Below, in pieces: positions 45,646-55,164 of a stretch of 64,000 nucleotides of DNA. A program made the translations under genes and the position numbers. The notes beneath the pieces were generated by a model, which worked only from the letters and a program-made list of their open reading frames with translations, searched no databases and had not been told where the DNA came from. Every line of letters starts with the position of its first letter. Position 1 is the stretch's first letter. This DNA comes from an uncultured Thermoleophilia bacterium (GTDB lineage: Bacteria; Actinomycetota; Thermoleophilia; Gaiellales; Gaiellaceae), in contig CAWASP010000021.1 of the NCBI GenBank assembly GCA_963784765.1, forward strand, positions 7,645 through 71,644, read 5' to 3'.

Positions 45646-48234
45646 ATGGACTTCGTCCTGAACGGCAAAGAGGTCTCGGCCGACCCGCGCGACGACGAGA
45701 CCCTGCTGGAGCTCCTCCGCGAGGAGCACGGACAGCTGTCGGTCAAGGACGGCTGCTCGCCGGAGGGCTCGTGCGGGGCGTGCACCGTGATCGTCGACGG
45801 GCACGCCGTCGTCTCCTGCGCGCAAAAGGCGACCCGGGTCGCCGGCAAGCACGTGGTCACCCAGGAAGGGCTCACCGCCGAGGACCGTCGGCTCTGGGCC
45901 GACTGCTTCGTGGCGGCGGGAGCTTCCCAGTGCGGCTACTGCTCGCCGGGAATCGTGATGAAGGCCGAGGCGTTCCTCGCCAAGCACCCCGACCCGACAC
46001 GGCAGGAAGTCGCTCGGGCCCTGCTCGGCAACCTCTGCCGCTGCACCGGGTACGTGAAGGTGGTCGACGCGGTCCTCCACGCCGCCGCCGCCCACCGCGG
46101 CGTGCCGCCGCCCGTCCCGGAGCGCAGCGGCAGGGTCGGCGCACGCTCGGCGCGGTACGACGGGGACGAGCTCGCCCTCGGCGACAAGCCGTTCGTCGGC
46201 GACCTGACCGCGCCCGGGATGCTGCATGCCGCGCTCCGGTTCTCCGACCACCCACGGGCGCGCGTCGTCCGCATCGACACCTCGAAGGCGGCGGCGTTCC
46301 CGGGCGTGGTCTCCGTGCTGACGGCCGCGGACGTGCGGGGCGAGCGGCAGCAGGGCTCCCTCACGAGGGACTGGCGGCAGCTTGTCGCGGTCGGCGAGAC
46401 GACCTCGTACGTCGGGGACGTCCTGGCCCTCGTCGCGGCCGAGAGCCGGCACGCCGCCCGTGAGGCAGCGGCGCTCGTCGAGATCGAGTACGAGGTGCTC
46501 GAGCCCGTCACGTCGCCCTTCGAGGCGCTGGCAGAGGATGCGCCGTTGCTCCACGAGTCCGGCAACGTGCTCTCGGTCTCGCGTGTCGCGCGAGGCGACG
46601 TCGACGCAGCGCTCGCCGCATCGGCGCATGTCGCCAGCGAGAGCTACCGGACACAGTTCATCGAGCACGCGTTCCTCGAGCCGGAGTCGGCGCTCGCCGT
46701 GCCGGAGCAGAACGGCGACCTGCGCGTCTACTCGCAGGGCCAGGGCGTCTGGGACGACCGCCGTCAGATCGCGAGCCTCGTCGGGCTCCCGGAGGAGCGT
46801 GTCCGTGTGACCCAGGTCGCGACGGGCGGCGCGTTCGGGGCGAAGGAGGACCTGAACGTGCAGGGCCATGCGGCTCTGCTCGCGCTCGCGACGGGACGGC
46901 CCGTCCGCCTCACCCTCTCGCGGGCCGAGAGCCTCCGCTTCCACGCGAAGCGGCATCCGATGTGGCTCGAGTACACGGCCGGCTGCGACGAGGAGGGCCG
47001 TCTCACAGCGGTCCGTGCGCGCATCGTCGGAGACACGGGCGCCTACGCGAGCGTCGGCGACAAGGTGCTGGAGCGGGCGGCCGGGCATGCGTGCGGCGCC
47101 TACGCGGTGCCGAACGTCGACGTCGAGGCGACCGCGGTCTACACGAACAACCCGCCCTGCGGTGCGATGCGCGGCTTCGGCGTCAACCAGTCGAACTTCG
47201 CGCTCGAAGGCGTGCTCGACCTGCTCGCCGAGCGGGTCGGGATCGACGGCTGGGAGATCCGCTGGCGCAACGCGCTCGACGTGGGCGACCGCTTCGGCAC
47301 CGGGCAGAAGCTCGGACCGGGCGTCGGGTTGAAGAAGACCCTGCTCGCGGTGCGCGACGCCTACCGGGACGCGCAGTTCGCCGGCATCGCCTGCGGTGCA
47401 AAGAACACCGGGATCGGCAACGGCGTTCCCGAGCACGGCCGCGTCGTCCTGCGGGTCGAGGAGGACGGGGACGTGACGCTCTACCACTCGTGGACCGAGA
47501 TGGGCCAGGGTGTGCACACGGCGCTCGGCCAGATCGCGTGCGAGGCGCTCGAGCTTTCGCCCGAGCGGCTGCGCGTCCGCGTCGACACGATCCACGAGCT
47601 CGGCGCCGGTCAGACGACGGCCTCGCGCGCCACCGTTCTCGGCGGCAACGCGGTGCTCGACGCAGCGGAGAAGCTGAGGTCCGAGCTCGACGGCCGCCCC
47701 CTGGAGTCGCTTGCGGGCCGTGAGTTCGAGGGCGAGTACCTGGTCGACTGGACGACGGGGAACGACGCCGACGAGCCCGTCACGCACCTCGCCTACGCCT
47801 GGGCGACGCAGGTCGCGATCCTCGACGACGAGGGCCGCCTCGTGAAGGTCGTCGCGGCGCACGACGTCGGACGCGCGATCAACCCGACCCTCGTCGAGGG
47901 ACAGGTCGAGGGCGGCGTGCACATGGGGCTCGGCCAGGCGCTCTCCGAGGAGTTCGTGGTCGAGGACGGGGTGCCCGTCACCCGAACGCTGAAGTCGCTG
48001 CACATCATCCCGCCGACGGGGATGCCGGACGTCGAGTGCATCCTCGTCGAGGAGCCGCAGCCGGAGGGGCCGTTCGGCGCCAAGGGCGCCGGCGAGGCCG
48101 CGCTCGTGCCGACCGCAGCGGCCGTCCGCGGGGCGCTGCAGGCGTTCGACGGCGTCCACCGCACCGAGCTGCCGATGAAGGACTCGCCGGCGGCGAGGGC
48201 GGCGGTGCCGCACCTGGTCAAGGCCCACGCATGA
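45646..48234 (+). CDS. fused [2Fe-2S] plus molybdopterin-binding hydroxylase (XdhD-like xanthine dehydrogenase family protein)
   Basis: 862-aa ORF. N-terminal clusters are GCSPEGSCGACTV and CGYCSPG...CRCTGY. The Mo domain has GGAFGAKED and PFGAKGAGEAALVP. Confidence 0.88.
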   Translation: MDFVLNGKEVSADPRDDETLLELLREEHGQLSVKDGCSPEGSCGACTVIVDGHAVVSCAQKATRVAGKHVVTQEGLTAEDRRLWADCFVAAGASQCGYCSPGIVMKAEAFLAKHPDPTRQEVARALLGNLCRCTGYVKVVDAVLHAAAAHRGVPPPVPERSGRVGARSARYDGDELALGDKPFVGDLTAPGMLHAALRFSDHPRARVVRIDTSKAAAFPGVVSVLTAADVRGERQQGSLTRDWRQLVAVGETTSYVGDVLALVAAESRHAAREAAALVEIEYEVLEPVTSPFEALAEDAPLLHESGNVLSVSRVARGDVDAALAASAHVASESYRTQFIEHAFLEPESALAVPEQNGDLRVYSQGQGVWDDRRQIASLVGLPEERVRVTQVATGGAFGAKEDLNVQGHAALLALATGRPVRLTLSRAESLRFHAKRHPMWLEYTAGCDEEGRLTAVRARIVGDTGAYASVGDKVLERAAGHACGAYAVPNVDVEATAVYTNNPPCGAMRGFGVNQSNFALEGVLDLLAERVGIDGWEIRWRNALDVGDRFGTGQKLGPGVGLKKTLLAVRDAYRDAQFAGIACGAKNTGIGNGVPEHGRVVLRVEEDGDVTLYHSWTEMGQGVHTALGQIACEALELSPERLRVRVDTIHELGAGQTTASRATVLGGNAVLDAAEKLRSELDGRPLESLAGREFEGEYLVDWTTGNDADEPVTHLAYAWATQVAILDDEGRLVKVVAAHDVGRAINPTLVEGQVEGGVHMGLGQALSEEFVVEDGVPVTRTLKSLHIIPPTGMPDVECILVEEPQPEGPFGAKGAGEAALVPTAAAVRGALQAFDGVHRTELPMKDSPAARAAVPHLVKAHA

Positions 48235-49535
48235 CGGTCGTCGCCACGCTCGACCCCGTCTCGCTCGCGACCGGGGATCTCTGGGTCGACGGCGACCGGA
48301 TCGCGGAGACCGGCCGCGGCACCCGCATCGATAGCGGCGGCGCGCTCGTCGTGCCGGGAAACGTGTGCGCCCACACGCACCTGTATTCGGCGCTCGCTCG
48401 TGGCATGCCCTACGCCCTCGCCCCGCCGGAGAACTTCGTGCAGATCCTGCAGCGCATCTGGTGGCGCCTCGACCGCGCGCTCGACGAGGAGTCGATCCGC
48501 GCATCCGCGCTCGTCGGCGGCCTGGAGGCGCTCCTGTCCGGCACGACGACCCTCGTCGACCACCACGCCTCGCCGAACGCGGTCGACGGGTCGCTCGACG
48601 TGATCGCCGACGCGCTGCAGTCGCTCGGCGTCCGGTCGATCCTCTGCTACGAGACCTCCGATCGCGACGGCCCCGAGCGAGCGCAGGCGGGGCTCGCCGA
48701 GAACCGGCGCTTCCTCGAGCGCGTGGCGCGGGACGGGCCGCCGCTCGCCCGCGGCCTCGTCGGAGCGCACGCCTCGTTCACGCTCTCCGACGCGACGCTT
48801 GCCGGCTGTGCCGGCCTCGCACACGACCTCGAGAGCGGCCTGCACATTCACGCCGCCGAGGACGGCGCCGACGAGCGCGACGCGCTGGCCCGCGGCGGGA
48901 TGCGCGTCGTCGATCGGCTCGCCGCTGCGGGCGCGCTCGACGAGCGAACCGTGCTCGCGCACGGCGTGCACCTCGACGACGCGGAGATCGCCGCCGTGCT
49001 CGGTGCAGGCGCGACCGTCGTCCACAACGCGCGGTCGAACATGTCGAACTCGATCGGCCGGGCGCGGGTCGAAGCGCTCGGCCCGGGCCTCGCCCTCGGC
49101 ACCGACGGCATCGGCTCGGACATGTTCGAGGAGGCCCGCACCGCCTGGTTCCGGCTCCGCGAGGACGACGGCGCCGCCGCCCAGACCTGGCCGCTCGCGC
49201 GGCTCTCGGCCTCGGCAGAGCTCGCAGGGCGCGCGTTCGGCGAGCCGCTGCTCGGGACGCTCGTCCCCGGCGCGCCCGCCGACCTCGTGGTCCTCGACTA
49301 CGAGCCGCCCGCACCGCTCGACGAGTCGAGCTTCGCCGGCCACGCCGTCTTCGGCCTGTCGTCCCGCCACGTGCGCGACGTCATGGTCGCCGGCGAGTGG
49401 GTCGTGCGGAACCGCCGGCTCGTCCGCACCGACCAGACCGAGCTCTCCGTCGACGCGCGCGCCGCCGCCGCGCGGCTCTGGCAGCGGCTCGCCGAGACCG
49501 ACCCCCACCCGTTCGAGCCGAAGGGAGCTTCGTGA
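48231..49535 (+). CDS. SsnA-like amidohydrolase (chlorohydrolase / aminohydrolase family)
   Basis: ATG 48231 overlaps the previous stop (ATGA). The metal motif [11 protein letters not shown] is present, together with HASF...HIHAAE...HGVHL...LGTDG. Confidence 0.75.
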   Translation: MTVVATLDPVSLATGDLWVDGDRIAETGRGTRIDSGGALVVPGNVCAHTHLYSALARGMPYALAPPENFVQILQRIWWRLDRALDEESIRASALVGGLEALLSGTTTLVDHHASPNAVDGSLDVIADALQSLGVRSILCYETSDRDGPERAQAGLAENRRFLERVARDGPPLARGLVGAHASFTLSDATLAGCAGLAHDLESGLHIHAAEDGADERDALARGGMRVVDRLAAAGALDERTVLAHGVHLDDAEIAAVLGAGATVVHNARSNMSNSIGRARVEALGPGLALGTDGIGSDMFEEARTAWFRLREDDGAAAQTWPLARLSASAELAGRAFGEPLLGTLVPGAPADLVVLDYEPPAPLDESSFAGHAVFGLSSRHVRDVMVAGEWVVRNRRLVRTDQTELSVDARAAAARLWQRLAETDPHPFEPKGAS

Positions 49536-50536
49536 TGGAACGAGTCGCCTTGTACCTGCAGGACAAGCATCCGATCCGCGACGGCATGCGCTACGCCGAG
49601 CTGGCGGAGCAGGCGGGCTTCGAAGCGGTCTGGCAGGCGGAGAGCCGGCTCGTCCGGGAGGCGACGGTGCCGATGGCCGCGTACGCAGCGGTCACGGACC
49701 GGATCGGCATCGGGAGCGGCGTCGTGAACACGTGGACCCGCAACGTCGGTCTGCTGGCGGCCACCTTCTCGACGCTCGACGACCTCGCCCCCGGCCGCAT
49801 CAAGCTCGGCATCGGCGCCTGGTGGGATCCGCTCGCCGCGAAGGTCGGGATCGAGCGCCGCCGCATGCTCCAGTGCATGCGCGAGACGGTCGACGCGACC
49901 CGCCGGCTGCTGACGCTGGAGCGCGTCACCTACCACGGCGAGTTCGTGCACCTCGACGACGTCGAGATCGACATCGTCCACGGCGACCGGTCGCCCAAGA
50001 ACGTCCCCATCTACATCGGGGCGACCGCGATGAAGATGATGGAGCTCGCGGGGGAGATCGGCGACGGCGTGCTGCTCAACTACCTCGTCAGCCCGCTCTA
50101 CAACGCCGAGGCGATGGAGCACCTGACGGCGGGGGCGGCGCGCGCCGGACGCACGGTGGCCGACGTCGACCGGCCCCAGCTCGTCGTCTGCTCGCTCGAC
50201 GACGACCGGTCGGCCGCTCTCGACCGCTCGCGCGAGCTCGTGGCGCAGTACCTCGGCCAGCAGCCGCACATCATGAAGGCGAGCGGCGTCGACGACGAGC
50301 TGCTCGAGGAGATCGGCCGTGTGCTCACGTGGCCCGCGACGCCCGAGCAGATCGAGCAGGCGATGACGCTCGTCCCGGACGACGTCGTCCAGCTGATCAC
50401 CGCCTCCGGAACGGCGGACGAGTGCCGGACGAAGGTGCAGGAGTACGTCGACGCCGGCTGCACATGCCCCGTGCTCTACCCGCTCGGCGACGACGTCCAG
50501 GCCATGATCGACGCGTTCGCGACGGTTCGGGTGTGA
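49535..50536 (+). CDS. LLM-class (luciferase-like) flavin/F420-dependent oxidoreductase
   Basis: ATG 49535 is preceded by AAGGGAG and overlaps the previous stop (TGATG). It has a TIM-barrel LLM-like sequence ([11 protein letters not shown]..., [34 protein letters not shown]). Confidence 0.75.
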   Translation: MERVALYLQDKHPIRDGMRYAELAEQAGFEAVWQAESRLVREATVPMAAYAAVTDRIGIGSGVVNTWTRNVGLLAATFSTLDDLAPGRIKLGIGAWWDPLAAKVGIERRRMLQCMRETVDATRRLLTLERVTYHGEFVHLDDVEIDIVHGDRSPKNVPIYIGATAMKMMELAGEIGDGVLLNYLVSPLYNAEAMEHLTAGAARAGRTVADVDRPQLVVCSLDDDRSAALDRSRELVAQYLGQQPHIMKASGVDDELLEEIGRVLTWPATPEQIEQAMTLVPDDVVQLITASGTADECRTKVQEYVDAGCTCPVLYPLGDDVQAMIDAFATVRV

Positions 50537-51399
50537 CGCAGGCGCTCCGGCCGCTCACGCTCGCAGACGCCCTTCGGGCGAGGGCGGCGCATCCGGACGC
50601 CGTGCCCGTCGCCGGCGGCACCGACCTGATGGTCTCCGTCAACTTCGGCCGCACTAGCCCACCCGTGTTGCTCGACCTGTCACGCCTCGAGGAGCTGAAG
50701 AGCGTCCGGCGCGAGAACGGCTCCGTCGTGATCGGAGCCGGCGTCACCTTCGCCGCGATCGCCGTCGACCCGCTCCTCCCCGCCTCGCTCCGGCAGGCGG
50801 CCCGCTCGGTCGGCTCGCCGCAGATCCGCAGCCGCGCCACCCTCGGCGGAAACGTCGCGACCGCCTCCCCGGCCGGCGACGGCATCCCGGTCATCGCCGC
50901 CCACGACGGCCGCGTCGTCGTCGCGTCGGAGGCAGGCGAGCGCCGCGTCCCCTGGGAGGAGTTCTTTCTCGGCCCGAAGCAGACGACGCTCGCGGCCGAC
51001 GAGCTCGTCGTCGGCGTCGAGCTTCCGCTCGCCGAGGGTCAGGGGTCGTTCGCCAAGATCGGGCCGCGCAACGCGATGGTGATCGCGATCGCGGGCGTCT
51101 GCCTGCAGCTCGACACCGAAGCGCGCCTGGTTCGGCTCGCGCTCGGATCGGTCGCACCGACGGTCGTGCGCGCGCGGGAGGCCGAGACGCTCGCCGGCGA
51201 CGCGCTCTGCTGGGACGACCCGGCCGAGCCGCCCTCTCCCGCGCTCGTCTCGGAGTTCTGCCGGCTCGCAGAGGCGGCTGCGCAGCCGATCGACGACGTG
51301 CGCGGCACGGCCGCCTACCGGCGGCATGCGGTGGGCGTGCTGTCCCGCCGGGCGCTCGAGTGGGCGCTCCACGACCGGAAGGAGGCGGCGGTGTGCTGA
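50533..51399 (+). CDS. FAD-binding subunit of a molybdenum hydroxylase (CoxM/XdhB/YgfM-like)
   Basis: GTG 50533 overlaps the previous stop (GTGA). The motifs AGGTDLMV and [15 protein letters not shown] are present. Confidence 0.85.
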   Translation: MTQALRPLTLADALRARAAHPDAVPVAGGTDLMVSVNFGRTSPPVLLDLSRLEELKSVRRENGSVVIGAGVTFAAIAVDPLLPASLRQAARSVGSPQIRSRATLGGNVATASPAGDGIPVIAAHDGRVVVASEAGERRVPWEEFFLGPKQTTLAADELVVGVELPLAEGQGSFAKIGPRNAMVIAIAGVCLQLDTEARLVRLALGSVAPTVVRAREAETLAGDALCWDDPAEPPSPALVSEFCRLAEAAAQPIDDVRGTAAYRRHAVGVLSRRALEWALHDRKEAAVC

Positions 51400-51854
51400 T
51401 CCGGTGCCGCGTCAACGGCGTCGACCACGAGATCGAGGCGCCTGCGGCCGCCAGCCTGCTGACGCTCCTTCGCGAGGAGCTCCACCTGAGCGGGTCGAAG
51501 AACGCCTGCGAGCAGGGCGAGTGCGGTTCCTGCTCGGTGTGGCTCGACGGGGACGTGTGCTGTGCGTGTCTCGTGCCGGCCGCGCAGGCGGACGGCGCCG
51601 AGGTGCGGACGATCGAGGCGCTCGCCGGGCCCGGCCGGCTCCATCCCGTCCAGGAGGCGTTCCTCGAGGCGGGCGCCGTCCAGTGCGGCTTCTGCACGCC
51701 GGGTCTCGTCGTCTCGGTCGCCGACCTGCTCGCCCGCAACCCGCATCCCGACGACCGGACGATCCGCGAGGCGCTCGCCGGCAACCTCTGCCGGTGCACG
51801 GGCTATCAGAAGATCCTCGCCGCCGTCCATCTGGCCGAGGAGGCGGTGACATGA
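51393..51854 (+). CDS. [2Fe-2S] small subunit of a molybdenum hydroxylase (CoxS-like)
   Basis: GTG 51393 is preceded by GGAAGGAGG. The clusters CEQGECGSCSV and CGFCTPG...CRCTGY are present. Confidence 0.88.
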   Translation: MLIRCRVNGVDHEIEAPAAASLLTLLREELHLSGSKNACEQGECGSCSVWLDGDVCCACLVPAAQADGAEVRTIEALAGPGRLHPVQEAFLEAGAVQCGFCTPGLVVSVADLLARNPHPDDRTIREALAGNLCRCTGYQKILAAVHLAEEAVT

Positions 51855-54145
51855 CCACGGCGACACGCTCGGCGGGGGGCATCGGCGAACGGGCACGGCG
51901 CATCGACGGCGATCCGAAGGTCACCGGCGCCTTCGCCTACGCCAGCGACCTCCAGGCGGAAGGCATGCTCTTCGGCGTCACCGTCCGGAGCACGCACGCA
52001 TCGGCCCGGATCGTGTCGCTCGATCTCGCGGCTGCGCTGCGCGAGCCCGGCGTCGTGCGCATCCTCACGGCCGCAGACCTGCCGGCCGCGACCACGTTCG
52101 GCCTCGAGTTCTGCGATCAGCCCGTCCTCGCGAAGGATGTCGTTCGCTACGACGGCGAGCCGATCGCCGTGGTCGCGGCAGCAACGCTCGAGAGCGCGCG
52201 ACGCGCCGCGGGGGCGATCGAGATCGTCTACGACCCGCTGCCCGTCGTCTCCGACATGGAGGCCGCGCTCCGCCCGGACTCGCCGCGTGTCCACGAGTTC
52301 GGCAACGTCCTGCGCCACGTCCACATCCTCCACGGCGACCCCGGTGCCGAGGCGGACGTGTGGGCCGACGGCTACTTCGAGACCGCCATGCAGGATCAGG
52401 CTGCCCTGGGGCCGGAGGGAGGGCTCGCGGTGCCGGCCGCGGACGGGAGCGTCGACCTCTACGTCGCCACGCAGTGGCTCCACGTCGACCGCCAGCAGAT
52501 CGCTCCCTGCCTCGGCCTCGACGAGGAGCACGTGCGCGTGCACCTGGCGGGCGTCGGAGGCGCGTTCGGCTCACGCGAGGACATCCACATGCAGATTCAC
52601 GCCTGCCTGCTCGCGCTCTCCACCGGCCGAGCGGTGAGGATGGTCTACGGCCGTGAGGAGTCGTTCCACGGCCACGTGCACCGGCACCCGTCGAGGATCT
52701 GGATCCGCTACGGCGCGACCAGGAACGGCACGCTCGTCGCCGCGAATGTCCGGCTCCTCCTCGACGGCGGCGCCTACGCCTCCTCTTCCCCGGCCGTCCT
52801 CGCGAACGCGTCGACGTTCGCAGCCGGCCCCTACGACGTGCCGAACGTGCAGATCGAGGGCACCGTCGTCTACACGAACAACCCGCCCTGCGGCGCGATG
52901 CGCGGCTTCGGCGCCCCGCAGGTGTGTTTCGCGCACGAGTCGGCGCTCGACCTGCTCGCGGCGAAGCTGGGCATCGACCCGGTGGAACTGCGCGTCCGAA
53001 ACGCGCTGCGCGAGGGCTCCGTGCTGCCGACCGGCCAGGTGCTCACCGGCAGCGCGCCCGTCCAGGAGGTGATCGAGCGCTGCACGGCCATCCCGCTTCC
53101 TCCGGTCGAGCCCGCGCACGGACGCGACCCCACCGGCTATCCGGGAGGCGCGGGCAACGTCAGCCGCGGCGAGGCGCTTCGGCGGGGGGTCGGGTTCGCC
53201 GTCGGGTTCAAGAACATCGCCTACAGCGAGGGCTTCGACGACGCCGCGGAGGCGACCGTGACGCTGCGCCCGGGCCCGGACGGGCCGGTGGCGACGATCC
53301 GCACGGCCGCGGTCGACTACGGCCAGGGCCTGTACACCGTGCTCGCTCAGATCGTCCGGAGCGAGCTTCACGTCCACGACGTGCTGCTCGAGCCCGCCTC
53401 GACCGAATCGGGCTCTGCCGGGTCGACCTCCGCGTCCCGTCAGACGACGATGACCGGCGGCGCCGTGCTCGCGGCGTGCCGGGAGATCCGCACGGCCCTG
53501 GGCGGCGCCGAGCTCGACGAGCCGGTCACGCGCACGTGCACGTACCACCACCGGCCGACCACCGGCCTGGACGAGGAAGGGCAGGGGGACCCGCACGTTG
53601 CGTTTGCCTTCGTGGCCGAGCGTGCGGTCGTCGAGGTCGACGAGGAGCTCGGCCTCGTCCGTGTCGTCGAGCTCGCTGCCGTCCAGGACGCCGGACGCGT
53701 GCTCAACCCCCAGGGCGCCGAGGGACAGGTCGAGGGAGCCGCCGCGATGGGGCTCGGCCTCGCGCTCCTGGAGGAGGTCCGGCTGTCGGAGGGCCGGATC
53801 GAGAACCCGTCGTTCACCGACTACCTGATCCCCACGACGCTGGACGTCCCACCGATCGTCGCCCGGTTCGTCGAGGAGCCGGAGCCGGACGCACCGTACG
53901 GCGTCAAGGGGATCGGCGAGCTGGCGACGATCGCCGCGACGCCCGCGATCGTGGCCGCGCTCCGCGAGGCAACGGGGCGCGCGCTGAACCGCGTCCCGGT
54001 GCGGCCCGACGATCTGGTCGGCCTGCGTGGGCCGGCCGAGACCTCAGGGCCTCCACCCGTACCCGACGTCCCGGGCCAGCACGCGATCCCCGAGTACCTC
54101 GGGCTCGGCCTCGGACAACAGAAGCTGATGAAAGCGAGGATGTGA
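51851..54145 (+). CDS. molybdopterin-binding large subunit of a xanthine dehydrogenase family hydroxylase
   Basis: ATG 51851 overlaps the previous stop (ATGA). It is 764 aa. The motifs GGAFGSRED, NNPPCGAMRGFG and PYGVKGIGELAT are present. Confidence 0.88.
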   Translation: MTTATRSAGGIGERARRIDGDPKVTGAFAYASDLQAEGMLFGVTVRSTHASARIVSLDLAAALREPGVVRILTAADLPAATTFGLEFCDQPVLAKDVVRYDGEPIAVVAAATLESARRAAGAIEIVYDPLPVVSDMEAALRPDSPRVHEFGNVLRHVHILHGDPGAEADVWADGYFETAMQDQAALGPEGGLAVPAADGSVDLYVATQWLHVDRQQIAPCLGLDEEHVRVHLAGVGGAFGSREDIHMQIHACLLALSTGRAVRMVYGREESFHGHVHRHPSRIWIRYGATRNGTLVAANVRLLLDGGAYASSSPAVLANASTFAAGPYDVPNVQIEGTVVYTNNPPCGAMRGFGAPQVCFAHESALDLLAAKLGIDPVELRVRNALREGSVLPTGQVLTGSAPVQEVIERCTAIPLPPVEPAHGRDPTGYPGGAGNVSRGEALRRGVGFAVGFKNIAYSEGFDDAAEATVTLRPGPDGPVATIRTAAVDYGQGLYTVLAQIVRSELHVHDVLLEPASTESGSAGSTSASRQTTMTGGAVLAACREIRTALGGAELDEPVTRTCTYHHRPTTGLDEEGQGDPHVAFAFVAERAVVEVDEELGLVRVVELAAVQDAGRVLNPQGAEGQVEGAAAMGLGLALLEEVRLSEGRIENPSFTDYLIPTTLDVPPIVARFVEEPEPDAPYGVKGIGELATIAATPAIVAALREATGRALNRVPVRPDDLVGLRGPAETSGPPPVPDVPGQHAIPEYLGLGLGQQKLMKARM

Positions 54146-55164
54146 TGACCGACGCAGTGGCTGTCGACCGCACGACCCTGACCGGCCGCGACTACATCGA
54201 GACGCTCGACTGGACCGTCCCGGAGCTCGAGGAGGCGCTCGCCGTCGCGGCCGAGCTCAAGGAGGCCCGGAAGCAGGGGAAGCCGCACCGCCTGCTCCCG
54301 GACAAGACGCTCTACATGCTCTTCCTCGACAAGTCGACGCGCACGCGCAACGCGTTCGAGACGGGCATGACGCAGCTCGGCGGGCATGCGATCTTCCTCG
54401 ACGCCGACAAGACCCAGGTCTCGCACGGCGAGAGCCCGAAGGACACGGCGCTGACGCTGTCGGGCTACGGCGAGGGCATCGCGATCCGGCACGACCTTGC
54501 GCCGTACGAGGGCAACGCCTGGATGCGGGAGATCGCCCGCTGGGCCGACATCCCGCTCATCAACCTGCAGTGCGACGTCGACCACCCCACGCAGACGCTC
54601 GCCGACCTGATGACCCTGCGAGAGCATCGAGGCGAGAACCTCCGGGGGCTCAAGGTGGCGATGACGTGGGCCTACGCTCCGTCGTACGCGCGGCCGCTGT
54701 CCGTCCCGCAGGGCGTCGCAACGCTCTTCCCGCGCTTCGGCATGGACGTCGTGCTCGCCCACCCGCCCGGGTTCGACCTGATGCCGGAGGTGCTCGAGAA
54801 GGCGCAGCAGGCGGCCGCCGAGACCGGTGCGACCATCACGTTCGCCGACTCGATGGAGGAGGCGTTCGCCGAGGCCGACGTCGTCTACCCGAAGTCGTGG
54901 GGCCGGCTCGACGCGTTCACCGACGAGTCGAAGGCACTCGCCGAGTCAGGCGCCTACGCCGACTGGATCGCCGACGAGCAGAAGCTCGCGCTGGCGTCGC
55001 CGGATGTCCTCTACCTGCACTGCCTGCCGGCCGATCGCGGCCGCGAGGTCACCGACGCGGTGATCGACGGCCCGCACTCGGTCGTGTGGGACGAGGCGGA
55101 GAACCGCATGCACATCGGCAAGGCGCTCATGGCGCTGACGATGGGCGGGTTCGGGGACGCGTGA
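54145..55164 (+). CDS. YgeW-like (knotted) carbamoyltransferase of the OTCase/ATCase superfamily
   Basis: ATG 54145 overlaps the previous stop (TGATG). Motifs STRTRNAFE, DHPTQTLADL, WAYAPSYARPLSVPQG and HCLPADRG are present. Confidence 0.8.
   Translation: MTDAVAVDRTTLTGRDYIETLDWTVPELEEALAVAAELKEARKQGKPHRLLPDKTLYMLFLDKSTRTRNAFETGMTQLGGHAIFLDADKTQVSHGESPKDTALTLSGYGEGIAIRHDLAPYEGNAWMREIARWADIPLINLQCDVDHPTQTLADLMTLREHRGENLRGLKVAMTWAYAPSYARPLSVPQGVATLFPRFGMDVVLAHPPGFDLMPEVLEKAQQAAAETGATITFADSMEEAFAEADVVYPKSWGRLDAFTDESKALAESGAYADWIADEQKLALASPDVLYLHCLPADRGREVTDAVIDGPHSVVWDEAENRMHIGKALMALTMGGFGDA

Noticed and set aside
45646-54145. Selenocysteine recoding or selenium-dependent maturation genes (yqeB/yqeC/selD-like) associated with the hydroxylases.
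   Set aside because: All hydroxylase ORFs are uninterrupted by in-frame TGA. No YqeB, YqeC or SelD-like ORF is present in the window. The selenium link known for the E. coli-type cluster cannot be claimed here.
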